Source: Monocercomonoides exilis PA203 (Eukaryota > Protista > Preaxostyla). From it: a stretch of 64,000 nt of DNA. This document shows, piece by piece, positions 36,101-48,768 of this stretch (position 1 is its first letter; each line of letters opens with the position of its first letter). The stretch lies in contig LSRY02000002.1 of assembly GCA_001643675.2 (NCBI GenBank), forward strand, positions 1,488,001 through 1,552,000, given 5' to 3'. Made by a program: the position numbers and the translations under genes. The notes under the pieces were generated by a model. It worked only from the letters and a program-made list of their open reading frames with translations. It made no database searches and was not told the DNA's origin.

Positions 36101-39100
36101 ACCTGAAACTTTAGCAATTGTGAACGATTTTGAAATAAGAAACATGATCTTCGAATTTATTTCCACATTGTGTCATGGGAGCAAGGTTAATCAGGGATGT
36201 GTGTTTGAGCTGCTGGGAAAGCTTCAACAGTTGGAAGATGAACATGCTTATTCAGGATTCAACATTTCTGCATTGCCTCTTGTTTCTCCGTGGAGCAGAG
36301 AAAGAAGCAAATATAGGGGCATCCACAACCCAAACGCAATGAGTCACATTATATCGATATTTACCCAACTTTATATACACCCTCAATTCCGATCAACATT
36401 TTTAATGTGGGATGGACAGTCAGAGTTCCTTCAAAACCAAAAGGAACAAATGGTGGTGAGCCCGCCTGCTGTGATTGTTGAGCAACAATTGCGGAGGATG
36501 AGAGGAATGACTCCTATACTTTATGTGGAACTAGAAGATATGCTGAGAAAGCGAATAATGAGTTATCCGAAGGAAAAGAAAGAAGAATGCGAGAACATTT
36601 GGAATTCAGTGCGGCTTTTGTTTGCGGAACTGCAGGACAATCCGTTCAATCATTCGTCAATTGAGATGACTTCATTTCTGGAAGCATATTTCAACAAAAA
36701 TCAGGGGGAGATTATTGGAGATACGCAGATGGATCCAAATGAATTTTTCATGAATCTTTTAAGAAAGTTGTCATTGCATTTGGACTTTCATAATGCACCA
36801 AACTTCGTCCGGAGGCTTTTTCTAGGCAAAACACAATGCATAACAATCTGCGAGCAAGGACATTCAATGGAACAAGCATCTTCATTCTTGACACTGCAAG
36901 TGAATGTGAAGGAATCGTCTTCAATTGATGAAGAACTGCGGGCCATGAATAGAGGCAGCTATGCAAGTGGGCTAACGTGCGAGGCATGTGCACGAGCAAA
37001 GAAGGACAATAGGAAGGCTGATGTCGTGCAGCGAATAACCCTGAAAGAGCTGCCAAACACTGTTTTCATCCAGCTGAAGCGTTTTAGCTATGATGAAAAA
37101 ACAAGAGTTCGAACAAAGACTAATTCATTTTTTTCGTTCCCTATCAAAGATCCTTTGAACTTTGCTCCTTATATGTACGAGTCAATGGTGGCTGCTGACA
37201 ACGGTCTAACCCCAGAAGCGCGTTACAGGATTGCCAAAGCAGCAGCTGAAGGGCGACGCATTGAGGATGATCTGAAAAAAGGAACACCGCTGACTCTTGA
37301 ACAAACACAAAAGCTATTCAGACCGAAAGAGTATTACCTGTTTGAGCTCAGAGGAATTGTCTGCCATTCTGGTTCTGCTGAAGGTGGGCACTTCTATTCA
37401 TTCATCAAAGAGCGTGTTGCACCGTTTCAGTGGTATGTGTTCAATGACTCGTCTGTCTTTCCAGTGGATATTGACACAATTATTGCTCATTCGTTTGGTG
37501 GGAACCTGCCTTTTAAAACTGCAACTACGCGTTCACTCGATGAAATAAGCAGAGGAAACGAAATAACGAATATGAGATCAGCGTATCTCCTTATTTACGA
37601 GCGAATAAAACCAGTTGACGATTGGCAAATCGAAAGAACATTGAAAGAGCAATATGCACCTGATATGGCATTCCCATTCTACCCGATGCATCCACAGCCA
37701 CCTTATCCGTCTCCGCTCTTTGTGTTTTACAAGCATTTGTCGTCTGAACAATTGGAAGCAGAAGGAGTTTCACTTATAGACATGCCAGCAATCGCGAGAT
37801 TGGAAGAGAAAAGGCAATCAGAAAAAGAAAGAGAGCAGCAAATTTTCAATGACATGTTTTTTACACTTGTTAGAAAAGTGATGATAGAGACGAAGTACTT
37901 GACAATCAAATGGAAGGACAGCATAGAGCAAATGCTTGCAATCATTCAACGCAAAGAGCTAACATTGGCCTCGGTTCCTCTTCCACTTCCACTGCTTTCA
38001 GCTTCAACATCAAATGAGAATGAATGCATTGCTCCAACTGTTCTTTCTGTGTGGATCAGATATTTGCTGCACACTCTTTCACACTCCACACGGAACGAAG
38101 AGTTCACTCTGTGGTGCAACGAGCTTGAACCGATCTTCCATTCAATGCCCAGTCTGTCTTTGCTTTTGTTGAGATATTTAACTGCACAAATGGTGTCAAA
38201 TGAGAATAAGCTTAGGCGACGGTGCATTGCTCGGAAGAAAAAGGCTAATGCAAAACCGTATGCTGAAGAAATCATGAAGCAGCAAAATGACTCTTCTTCA
38301 AGGGTTCCATCATCATCATTTACATCACCTTTTTCATTTTATTATTTTAAGCCAGAGTTCAAAATACATCTCTCGTCAATTGAGTATTCACAGCTTGCAG
38401 CAAACTTCATGGACATGCCTTCAATCGTATCGTCGCTGTTCTTCCGCTGCGAAAATGCACAGATGCGTTTGTCTTTCCTGCGTCTGCTTTTGGAAGTGGT
38501 GTCTGCAGTTACGCGTACTGTTGATGCGTTAATGCATCAGTCGCCTTCAGACGAACTATCACAAAAGGAATGTAGAGAGGCAGCATCGTCTCTGATTAGC
38601 GAACTGACTGTGTTCTTCACCGCACTCCTCAACACAATCACATCAAAGCAGCAATGTGCACAGCTTCTTCTTCCACTTTTCTTGTTTTTGCGTGATGCAT
38701 GTAAATTGTCTCCAGTTGTTTCTGCTATTCTGCTGTCAGCATCGTATCTGCAACGCTGCCACGACTTTTTGTGCTGCGACCAGAAGCCGCAATATGGCTG
38801 GACCTTGTTTGTGAAGAATCTGCACAGCACCTCTCCAGTTGACCCGAAGACCATTGAGTCAACGCATCTTCACGCTATATCTGGAGAGACTGCCACAGCA
38901 ATCCTCATTTCTCTGATTACATGTCTGCAAAATGCACCATCGAGTCTGACGCCTCAGGGTGAGTTCATCTACACAGCTGCATTGAGCGCTCCACAGACAC
39001 CTCTGTTTGCACCAGATGAACTTTTGCCGCCGTCCCCTTCATCATTTACGCTTGCCTCTCTGAGATCTATGGACTTCCATCCATTTGCATCGCCTTTGAC

Positions 39101-42100
39101 TCAAGCACTAGTTGAGAAGCTGCTTTACGCAACAGAGGCCCATCATTATGTTGCTACTTTGTGCTCACTTTCAATGGCACGGTTTCTTCAGATAACTCCT
39201 CAATTACTTCAGCCAATTTCGAGTTCTCTGAAAGAAGAAGAAGAGGATGCGTTGTTTGAAGCAACAGGGCTGAAATGGCTTCTGAAAGAACCAGGGAGCT
39301 TTATGGGAAGTTCAACAAAAATTCAGCTGTATTTGGATGTTGTGCGGATGAAGGTGGCTATGCCTTCGCTTTCATCTTCCAATGAATCATTTTCATTTCC
39401 ATCTTCTTCTTTATCTTCTTCAGCATCTTCAAGTGCTGCTTCAGAAATGCTCCTGCCAATCTGCTTGTATTCGCTCAACAAACTGATACAGTCAATGTCG
39501 GATTGCATTTCTAAAAAAACTGTTTCAGCTGCAAGAGGAGCACTACGCATGTTGTGCGCTGTTGGCGATGCGTGTTTGCAAGACCGCTTCCTTTCGTTTT
39601 CATTGTGTAGCGACGATAAACTTGTAAAGACACTTGTAATGATTCTTTTACGGTTTCGACATGTGTGCTTTCGCGAAGGAGTGGCACGTATCTTGCGGTG
39701 CTGTGTGGCTGAGAAGATAGTGACATTTATACAGCATCCGCTGATTTCGCAGCCACAGTTTGTGACAGATGCAGCAGGTGTTCATTCCGATGTAAGACAA
39801 GTGATAATCACACCATTTCTGGTGAAGCAAGGAAACACCGAAGAGCAGCCGCTGTTTATGGGAGAGCCGATTCATCCAATGCTTCTTTCATTGCAAAAGG
39901 AAGACCCGTTTACTGCATCGGCTTCAGATGAATCAGAAAATGTTCTTGTTTTGGGCAGCGCAGCTTCTCTTTCGATGGACAGAGCAGCGCAGAGTCAATT
40001 TTCATTTACACTACATGAACTAGACTTGGAACCACCTCCTTCTTGGGAACGTGAGATATTGAATTTACCAAAGGATTACATTTTCGAAACAGGTGCTGTT
40101 GTTGACAAATACTCATATTATTGTGTCACATCGCTGAAAGTCGATGCTCCATTCCCAACGCACTTCTACGTTACAAATGTGCATGAGGAGGAGATATGCA
40201 CGAAACTGGATAACACTATTGCAAGAGTGCTGCTTGAACATTTAATACTGCAAGTGACGAATATGAATTGCGAAGATTACTCAAAAAAGGAAATGGAAGA
40301 GATGAAATTGGATTGCTATTGCAGCATACTGATATGGATGATCTACTGCATCCATCACTCAAAGGCACAATCAGGAGGCAATGAACTGAGCACAGCAACA
40401 CTTCCATTCGATGATTCATTTTTTTCTTCTCTTGTAAAATTCATGTTTCGATCGATTGAGAATAAATATAGTTGCACGTTTGTGGAGAAGGATGTGTGGA
40501 AAGTTCTTCATCTTCTTCTTTATTTATCATTTATTTCATACAAGTATGCGATGAAAGTGAAGGACACAATCCTTCAAGTGGACAAGCTTCTCTGTCCTAG
40601 CAAAGCCAAGCCAACAGGGAATATATATGAAGTTGCGATCAACAAGGGACTTTCTTCTTTGAATTGCTTTCTTCCTTATGCAAAGGATGCTTGTTGGGAT
40701 TCAAGTTGGAGAAGCTCAGCTTTTAGATCTCCACCTGCATCTGGTCTGATTCAATTCTTTTTGCTACTCAGCATTCTGGACAACACTTTCATGAACACAT
40801 TTCTGGAGAAAATTAACATGCCCCATTGGATAAGTTTGATAGTTCAAAATTTTAAAGGAAGCAATAAATTGACTGAAGCCTTAAACTTTTCTTTAATAAA
40901 TTTTCTTGTTCTTCGATATCCGATTTATTCGTATTGCGTGTTTAATGCATTTTTCAATGGAAGTGGCAAATTTACTGAGGAAAACACTGAACTTTTCATC
41001 AGATTTCTTTGTGACTGCTTCTTCCCCATCAAACACAAGCTTTGCCTTGCCAATCCGTCCACCTCAAAATCAATGTGGGATGATTGGCATGGATTTGTTC
41101 CTCTTTCACTGTCAATTTTCAAAAACGATTCCGAAATTCCGAGTGAAATGCGAATTGGGCTGAAGAGAGATGCCAGTTTGGGTATTGTTTTTACATCACA
41201 CATTGAAACATGCATTAAATATTTCTTCGTAAATCCAACAAGCATCCAACTTCCCGACTCATATCTGACAATACTCTCGAAAATGAACAGCTCAAACTCA
41301 ATCAAAGAATTGCAGCACACCATTTCTTCTCTCTTTGTGAAGTACTGCAACTCTCTTTCACCTGACCCGCCTTTACCTTCCGCGAACAAGCTTCAGTATT
41401 TTGACGTTGCTGAATGTTTCATTCATTTCTATTTAAAGTTGCTTTTTTACCAAAGAAAAGATAATTTAAAGTCATGTGTCACGATCTTCCAGCAGCTCGA
41501 CAGTTATCTCGATTCGACCTTGACATATTCTCAATCATCATCATCATCATCATCATCTCCTCCTCCTCCTCCTTCTTCTTCTTCTTCTTTTCCTCCTCCT
41601 CCTCCTTCTTCTTCTTCTTCTTTTCCTCCTCCTCCTCCTTCCTCTTCTTCTTCCTCTTCTTCTTCTTCTTCCTTCTCCTCTTCTTCTTCTCTCTTTCTTC
41701 AACTTCCACCTCTACCTCCACTTCCACCTCTTTCTTCTTCTCCATCTTCTCCATCCTGTCCTTCTTTCCCTGCTTTCCATGCTTTTACTTCTCCTTCTCC
41801 CTCTCCCTCTTTTCCTCCTCTTCATCTCACTTCTTCTTTTGTGCGTCAGATTGCTTGTCGTAAGCCAACAAATGCACCAAAATTAGCTGTTCCTGTATTG
41901 CCCCATCTCACCAATGTTATAATCGATGAAAATCACATAATTATGCCAGATGATATCTCACAGATTGATTTCATTTGGTTGCTGGTTGCTCATACCTCGT
42001 GCTATACGAAAACAGCATTGCGCATTCAATCACTGAGGCATCTGCACTGCCTTCTTCCATTTGTTTTTGATGCAGATACAGTCACGGTAAAACTCCTCTA

Positions 42101-43358
42101 CTTGTTCGTAATATTCGGCTGTTTAACAAATGGACTCGATTTAGCTTTTCAATATCATGACTCTCTTGCAGGAAACATTCCAGAATTTTCCCCACCTCGT
42201 TTAAATTATAAGAGAGACAGTTTTTGCTACTCAAATATTGACCAGTCACTTATCGTTCTCGCAACTGACAATTCGAGCGCGGAGGAGAAAGACTTCCTGA
42301 GAACTGAATTGCGTTGGTATTTGGTTGATCTTGTTCTGCAGATAGCTGAGAAGGTTGAGAGGATGATCAGAGCTAATAACACACAGTTTTCACGGATTAA
42401 ATTGTTCAGCTTGCATTATTTGGAAGATTCTGAGATCTCAAAGATAAATATTCTCGATGAGCCTTCATTTGCCCTTGTTAAAAGAATTTTGATTTCGCTA
42501 GAGACTGTTCTGTATTTTATGACTGAGTCTGACAATGCCAATAAAGTGCTGAAAACTGAGCAGCAGCTTCCAGTTATTTCATATCTTAATTTGAATCCAC
42601 TACTGAATAAACATACCAATTTCATGATCTCTATTTCTTCAAATGTTGGAGATAATGCAGTTGAGGAGAAAGGATACAAAGAAAAAGAAAAAGAACCATG
42701 GAGAAGGCAGTTAAATGAGAAAGAGAAAGGATATTCTCAAACAGAATCTTGCAGAAGATTTGCTAAATCTCTCGATTCCATCGAAAGAGCAGTCGTGGAA
42801 AAGTACCAAACAATCAAGAAGATTTATATGCTTTCTTTGCAAAAGTCAAAAATTGATCCCTCAATGCTCCATCGTCCACCGTCAAGAGCCTTTGTTCCGT
42901 TTGTATTCAACAGCATAACACAAAACCCAGTTCTTTTGTATCATGTTTTTAAACTCCCGTTTCCATCTGAACCAAACTGGATGAAGGAGGTTGCACTTTC
43001 AGAAAGCAACAGCACCACTCTTCAGTTGTCTTCAAATATCCGAGATTTAGTTATCTATTTGTTTGACTCGTTGCAACAAGCATCAAAAGAGATGAACGAA
43101 ACATGTTCCTCCAATTCAACAGTCGAATTGGAAGCAACAAGAGAAAGCGATAATTCTCTATGTAATTGCATTCTTTCGCTTGGACTGTTCCCACAGAAAC
43201 ATCGTGCTGTTAATTCGATTTTTGCAGAAAATCTGACAACGATCAAAAATGGACTTGAGATAATTAAAACCTTGAAAGTGACGTCTGCTTGGTACGAAGA
43301 TGCTTCAATTATCGTCAACTCCATCGTAAACTCGTTTGTAAAACGGCAAAATGTGTAA
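33168..43358 (+). CDS. DWNN ubiquitin-like domain plus giant ubiquitin-specific protease (C19, USP9/24/34-like layout) with Cys-to-Ser at the catalytic site, ~3216 aa; exons 33168-33336, 33558-33651, 33826-33859, 34005-43358
   Basis: Exons 1-2 give IHYCIEG..ISVHKLKDQI..LRIVDANSGEEYKDDRLLAHGTQVIVSR (DWNN pattern). USP boxes: GIHNPNAMSHIISIFTQLY, QMDPNEFF, LPNTVFIQLKRFSYD, FELRGIVCHSGSAEGGHFYSFIK, WYVFNDSSV, SAYLLIYER. Confidence 0.8.
41557..41660 (+). repeat. Coding tandem repeat (~33-nt unit, PPPPPSSSSSF, three copies)
   Basis: cctcctcctcctccttcttcttcttcttctttt repeated within the USP ORF. Confidence 0.8.
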
Positions 43359-44585
43359 ATAATAAAGTTTAGCTTCCTGTAACAGTTGCTGTAACAGGAA
43401 GTTTGGGCAATTAAATGATATTTCATCAATTTGTTTATTTATTCGATTGATGTTCAGCAATCACTTTCTATTTGTAAAATTGTTGTCATCAAAACCAATG
43501 TTTGAAGTTTTAAAAGGCATAGTAAATGATGTAAATTCCAAAATAAGTAAGAGCTTTGTTTGAATTATTCAATTTGATTAGTTATATGAGATCATTTAAC
43601 AACCTTTCGTTAATTTTTTTACGTACATTTTTTACAATTATTTTATTTCCTTTTCGATCTCAAGAAGCAATTTTTGCTCAAATAATTCAAAAAAATACTT
43701 TTACTTATTTTCATTATGACACCATTCGCTTTTATTATGCATTGCTTCGCTTCATACTCTATTGTAATTCCTTATAATGGTTTTAATATCTATTCAAATT
43801 ATTGATAATTCTTTCTTTCTTTTTTTTTCCTGATTTTTTTTTTTTTTTTTGAAAAATCATCATTTGAATGATACATCAAAAATAATTCAATTTTGAAAAA
43901 GAATATTTTAATTTCGAAACGATGAAAAATTTGGCTTGATTAATAAATAATTTGCACTGCGTGATTTGCACACACATTTTTATTTGTATTTGGATAACTT
44001 TTTTTCCAGATTATTCAATTAAGTGAATTTCAAAAATAGAAACAAATGACTTTGAAAAAAAAATTTTTTTTGATTTTTTTGTTGATTAAAAAAGGGAAGA
44101 TTTCGACAATTCAATTTTGTATTAGAATTTTTATGTATTTTTTTTTCAAAGAAAAGTTTTATATACTTGAAAGTGAAAACGATATATTTTATGCAAAAAA
44201 TTATAATAATAAATAAATAAATGGGGGAAAATACGGACTTTCAAGCTTTTTTTGCACAAGGCATTGAAAAATTGTTTCACTCATAACTTTATTTCGCTCT
44301 CTCAGATTTCAAAATAAGATTGATTTTCATATCCTTAAACAGGTATCATTGAAATCATAACATGTAGTTTCCCATCATTTCAGGAATGTTAAAAAATGGA
44401 CCCATTTTTATAGTGTTTTTTGATATGAAAAAGTCAATGAAAAATGCATAATTTTTCAATGAAAATGCTTGATGAAAAATATTTTGACCCACATAAATAA
44501 TAAAATAAAATAAAATAAAATAAAATTGAGAATGGATTAATTTTATTTTATTTTATGTCGAATATTTTTTGTTGAGTGAATGATA

Positions 44586-44982
44586 CAGATAACGTATAAA
44601 ATACCGGACATCTCACATAATACCGGACAAGATCAATATCTCAATAACCGAAAGAAGAAAAATTCTGTCAATTTTCCTCAAAATACATCTCATCAATGCA
44701 AACTCAATTGATAAACGAGACTTTCAAAACAGCTTCATTGGTGCTCATAAGAATCAATTTTTGAAGTTTCGGAAAAATAGGATTTTGAGTTTCTCCGAAG
44801 TTTAAAAAAATACTTTATTCTGAGCGCAAATGAAGCTGTTTTGAAAGTCTCGTTTATCAATTGAGTTTGCATTGATGAGATGTATTTTGAGGAAAATTGA
44901 CAGAATTTTTCTTCTTTCGGTTATTGAGATATTGATCTTGTCTGGTATTTTGTGAGATGTCCGGTATTTTATACGATAACTG
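44586..44982. mobile_element. Palindromic MITE, copy 2 (Tc1/mariner-type ends)
   Basis: Inverted arms of ~190 bp, TA-CAG...CTG-TA ends, and the same spacer AAATAGGATTTTGAGTTT as copy 1. The AATACCGGACA motif is duplicated in each arm. Confidence 0.85.
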
Positions 44983-45267
44983 TATTCCTTTTCGAAATCG
45001 AATTTATAAATTACTTATTTTTATTTTTAATTCCTAATTAGAATTATTTTTTTTCGAATTCGAATGATTTTTGGTGGATGTTATATGAGCTTAATGAAAA
45101 AAAAATTAACTTAATGATGAATCATCTTTTATTTTTAAAATATTAAACATTTGTTTCAAAAAGAATTGTTCTATAACCATAAAGAATAAATATGTTGCTG
45201 TAAAAATTGTTGTTGTATTGAGAAAATAAAAACGAACAACAAAGGATTTTTATATGACATATCCTTT

Positions 45268-46416
45268 ATGAAATATTCTATTCTATTTATTGCTTTTATC
45301 GAACTCTATTTGTCTTTATCAGAGAACGAAGTTTCTAATGATCGTCGTTTTGCTGATTTACTAACTGAATTTGGTGTTAATGTGCAAGATTTTGACCGTA
45401 AAAATGAAAACATACCATTAAAAGGTACTTCAGATTTGCATGCGCATCAAGATGTGCATTCTTCAGACAATTCAATGCTTATTCCAGTTTTTATTGCTTC
45501 AAAACATATTCCGCATGAATCGACAACGTCTCGGACATTTCCAATTCCAACCACTATCGAAAATCACGAGCAATTAAACGTGCCAGTTCCAGAAACTATT
45601 CCAAACAAAACGCCAGCTTTCTCTCCACCAAATTTCGAATTATCGCAAACAACGGGACGAAATTATCAGCAAACTCCAAATACATTGGATCTGAAGGAAC
45701 GTGTTTCTAAACAGCAAAAAGTTATGCCTTTCTATCCAAAAATTCCTCTTTATTGGGGAATTGATTTTGAGCATGATGAACCTGCTTCATTGAGTGATCA
45801 ATCAAATTCGCATCAATTTTCCTTTTCTTCACAAAATAATAACACCTCATATCCCCCATTTACTCCTTCATTACTTCACGAAACCCAAATACGAACAAAA
45901 AATTCATCTTCTTCAACCATACAACGTGAAATTCAAAATCAAACAAGAATTGATGTTCAATTTCTTGACAACGATTCCGCTCCATACGCGAATACGACAG
46001 AAGAAAATTTCATTCACCATCCATTTGACAAAAATATAGATCCTTTTTCATATCCTCCTCCGGATTCTCCATTTGCACTTCCACTACCATCATCTCCATC
46101 ATTTTCATTTGAGATACCAATCTTTAAGCCTCGTCTTCCTTCATCAACACGAAGCCCGTATAGCTCAGTTGTATATACACCAAAATATAAAAGAAAAGCT
46201 CCAACACCAATTCCAATTAGGCAGCAGCAATACTATGATTCAGCAGAATCAACTACATTTTCAGATTCTCACCAACCACCTGAAAATGACAAAGGCGCAA
46301 GGCAATATCATTCCCAGAGCATAAAAAGAGAAAAATCCATTCCTCAATCAACAGTTGCAAAAAGATTTGAAGGGAAGACATTTCCATATAGAGAACAGAA
46401 TTTACCTTATGGTTGA
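45268..46416 (+). CDS. Hypothetical secreted Pro/Ser/Thr-rich protein, 382 aa
   Basis: Long ATG ORF in AT-rich DNA with a signal-peptide-like N-terminus (MKYSILFIAFIELYLSLS). No recognisable domain. Confidence 0.65.
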   Translation: MKYSILFIAFIELYLSLSENEVSNDRRFADLLTEFGVNVQDFDRKNENIPLKGTSDLHAHQDVHSSDNSMLIPVFIASKHIPHESTTSRTFPIPTTIENHEQLNVPVPETIPNKTPAFSPPNFELSQTTGRNYQQTPNTLDLKERVSKQQKVMPFYPKIPLYWGIDFEHDEPASLSDQSNSHQFSFSSQNNNTSYPPFTPSLLHETQIRTKNSSSSTIQREIQNQTRIDVQFLDNDSAPYANTTEENFIHHPFDKNIDPFSYPPPDSPFALPLPSSPSFSFEIPIFKPRLPSSTRSPYSSVVYTPKYKRKAPTPIPIRQQQYYDSAESTTFSDSHQPPENDKGARQYHSQSIKREKSIPQSTVAKRFEGKTFPYREQNLPYG

Positions 46417-46441
46417 TCAAATATGCCCTCATTCAAATTCA

Positions 46442-48452
46442 ATGGACTTGATTTTCTTTTTTTGCTTATTTGCAGCAGCATTATGCGAAGAAAATCGCAC
46501 AATTTCCGTTAATCTTAGAGGTAAATATATGCATTCTTTTTCTTTCATTGATTATTTTTTGTTAGAGGGAATGTTCAACCCAATTTTTTTAACTCCAAAT
46601 ATAAGCAAGCAAAGTCGATTGTTTACAGTTGACCGCTTTCATGCGTTATATAGGCACTTAGATTTTTATATTTTTTCTCCATTTGGGTTTGACTAAACAC
46701 AATTTTAAATAATTAAATGGTAAATTGCTGAAAATAATTATTCAAAAATAGAAATGTATCAACTCATACAAGAAGAATTTGGGATGGAAGGGATGACAAA
46801 TTTAATCCTGAAGAATATGATTTTCGGTGCAATTTTACGAAAGTCGAAAATGTTTCTTCATTTTTTCCGCGGCGGATCATAAACGAAAAATTCGAGGGGC
46901 TAAGCGGATATGGTTGTAAAATAAGATATGGACAATTTCAGTTGACAATGGGAGAATATCATATACGAGTTTCATCTCCAAAAAAGAAGCTTTTAGCAGC
47001 TCAACGTCAATATGGTGCGCTTTTTATAATTTTTCAAAAAGATTTTATCATTATTTTTTCTTAGAAAAGGAAAAAGAGGAATTTTTAAAAATGGCAGGCG
47101 ATAAATTATCCAATTATGATGATGATGGAGATGAAGCAGCACCAACAAATGTTGATCCAGAAGCATTGAAAAAGGAAAAGACAAAACTTCAAATGGAAAT
47201 GTTAAAAAATAATACATTCATTGCAACTGTTCTAGTTGCGCCAGTTATTGAATTTGAATTCTTCTCGATTGCTCCTTTAATTCTTATACCACTCGCAATG
47301 ATTGCACCAATTATTTCACAATATCCAGGAATCGGCTGTGCCTCTATGCTGATATTGTTAATTGTCCGAATGTCGGAGTTGTGGGCAATGGATTCTGCGA
47401 TCCCAGTTTCTGTCAATCCGTTCAGAATGATTCCTTTCCAATCTCAAATTCTTATCGGAATAAAAGAAAACGGTACCATTGCTTAAAAATTTGAAAAATC
47501 GAAACGTTAATGTTTATTTTTATAAATAATTTGATAAAATCACTTTTTTAATACTTTAGATCGCTCTGTGCCTAATTCAGTTGCATGTTTTCTGAAAGAA
47601 ACGCTTCTTCCATGTCTTTTGCGTATTGAATTCGTTGTACCTCTTGTCCTCTTCTTCATTGCATTCTTCCTTCCGTCGCAAGCAAAGAAGCGGAGGCGCG
47701 AAGGGTTAGAAGAAGAAGGGAAGCTGCATATGATTTGGATGGTGACAGCTTGTTTTTACACCATCTTTACCATTGCGCAGCGCTTCTTTGTCACACTATT
47801 CTTCACCACAGCGTTTGGGTCTCTGCCAGTTTCGTTCATTATTGCGCTGATGGGAGTGGCGGTGCTGATTTGGCAGCGGATGTCAATGAGAAGGAGCCCG
47901 GAGGAAGAGAAGGAGATTGAGAAGGAGAAGGCGATGAAGGAAAGAGTGAAACAGATCGAGAAGATGAAGGAGATGCTGGAGAAGGAAAAAAAGGAAGGGA
48001 AGGAGAAGGAAGGAAAAGACGAGAAAGGAGAAGAAAAGAAGAAAGGAAAGAAGAACAAGAAGAATGGAGGAAGTGAAGAAGAAGAGACAGCGGAACAGAA
48101 GCGGCAGCGGATTTTGGAGCGCTTGGAGCAATTTCCGATGCTGCAGAGGCAGTTTGGGGGGCTCAATCTTGTGGACTTTGCGAGAAGATTCGGGAGCGAC
48201 AAGCTGATTGAAGAAAGCTCCAAGATCAACTCCATTACACCTGAGAATCCTGATGAGAATGGCATTCTGGCTGATGCAAGGAATGTTTCTGATGCTGGAC
48301 AGAAATCATCATCATCATCTTCTTCTTCTTCATCGTCATCGTCTTCGTCTTCATCTTCAGCATCAGCAGCCCCCACTAAAAAGGGGAAATCTCGTGGCAA
48401 ACAAGAAAAGAAAAAAGGAAATTCAAATACAGCAAAACAAAAATCTGCATGA
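46442..48452 (+). CDS. Hypothetical multi-pass membrane protein with signal peptide, ~587 aa; exons 46442-46520, 46566-46686, 46752-47014, 47065-47472, 47560-48452
   Basis: Four phase-consistent GT-AG introns link the ORF fragments. Signal peptide MDLIFFFCLFAAALC, several TM segments, and a charged K/E-rich tail. Confidence 0.7.
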
Positions 48453-48768
48453 GAATTGATGAACTTCTTTTTCTTGTCTGAAAAACAGATTTTTTTTACA
48501 AATTAATAAATATTTATCTTCGTGCACTTCTTCACGTCAAATTTGAATTTGGTTTTTTATTTTCTCTTCCTCACTGCTCTGAATCTCGCACTTCACTTCA
48601 AAACCAGAAGAATGCTATCCTATTTTTTCTGGTGAAAAATTATTTCAGTGAAAAATGCTTCATTTGGATTTTTGCTTCAAATGAATATACAATTTTTTGA
48701 TGATTTTTGATTTTTGAAATGAAAATAAAAATATTAAACAATAAATTACACCGAGCACATATCTTGCA

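Noticed and set aside
43400-45260. Possible CRISPR array, tRNA or rRNA in AT-rich spacers; (TAAAA)n fold-back at ~44490-44560
   Set aside because: No repeat-spacer periodicity and no cloverleaf or rRNA motifs were seen. The fold-back is explained by simple AT repeats.
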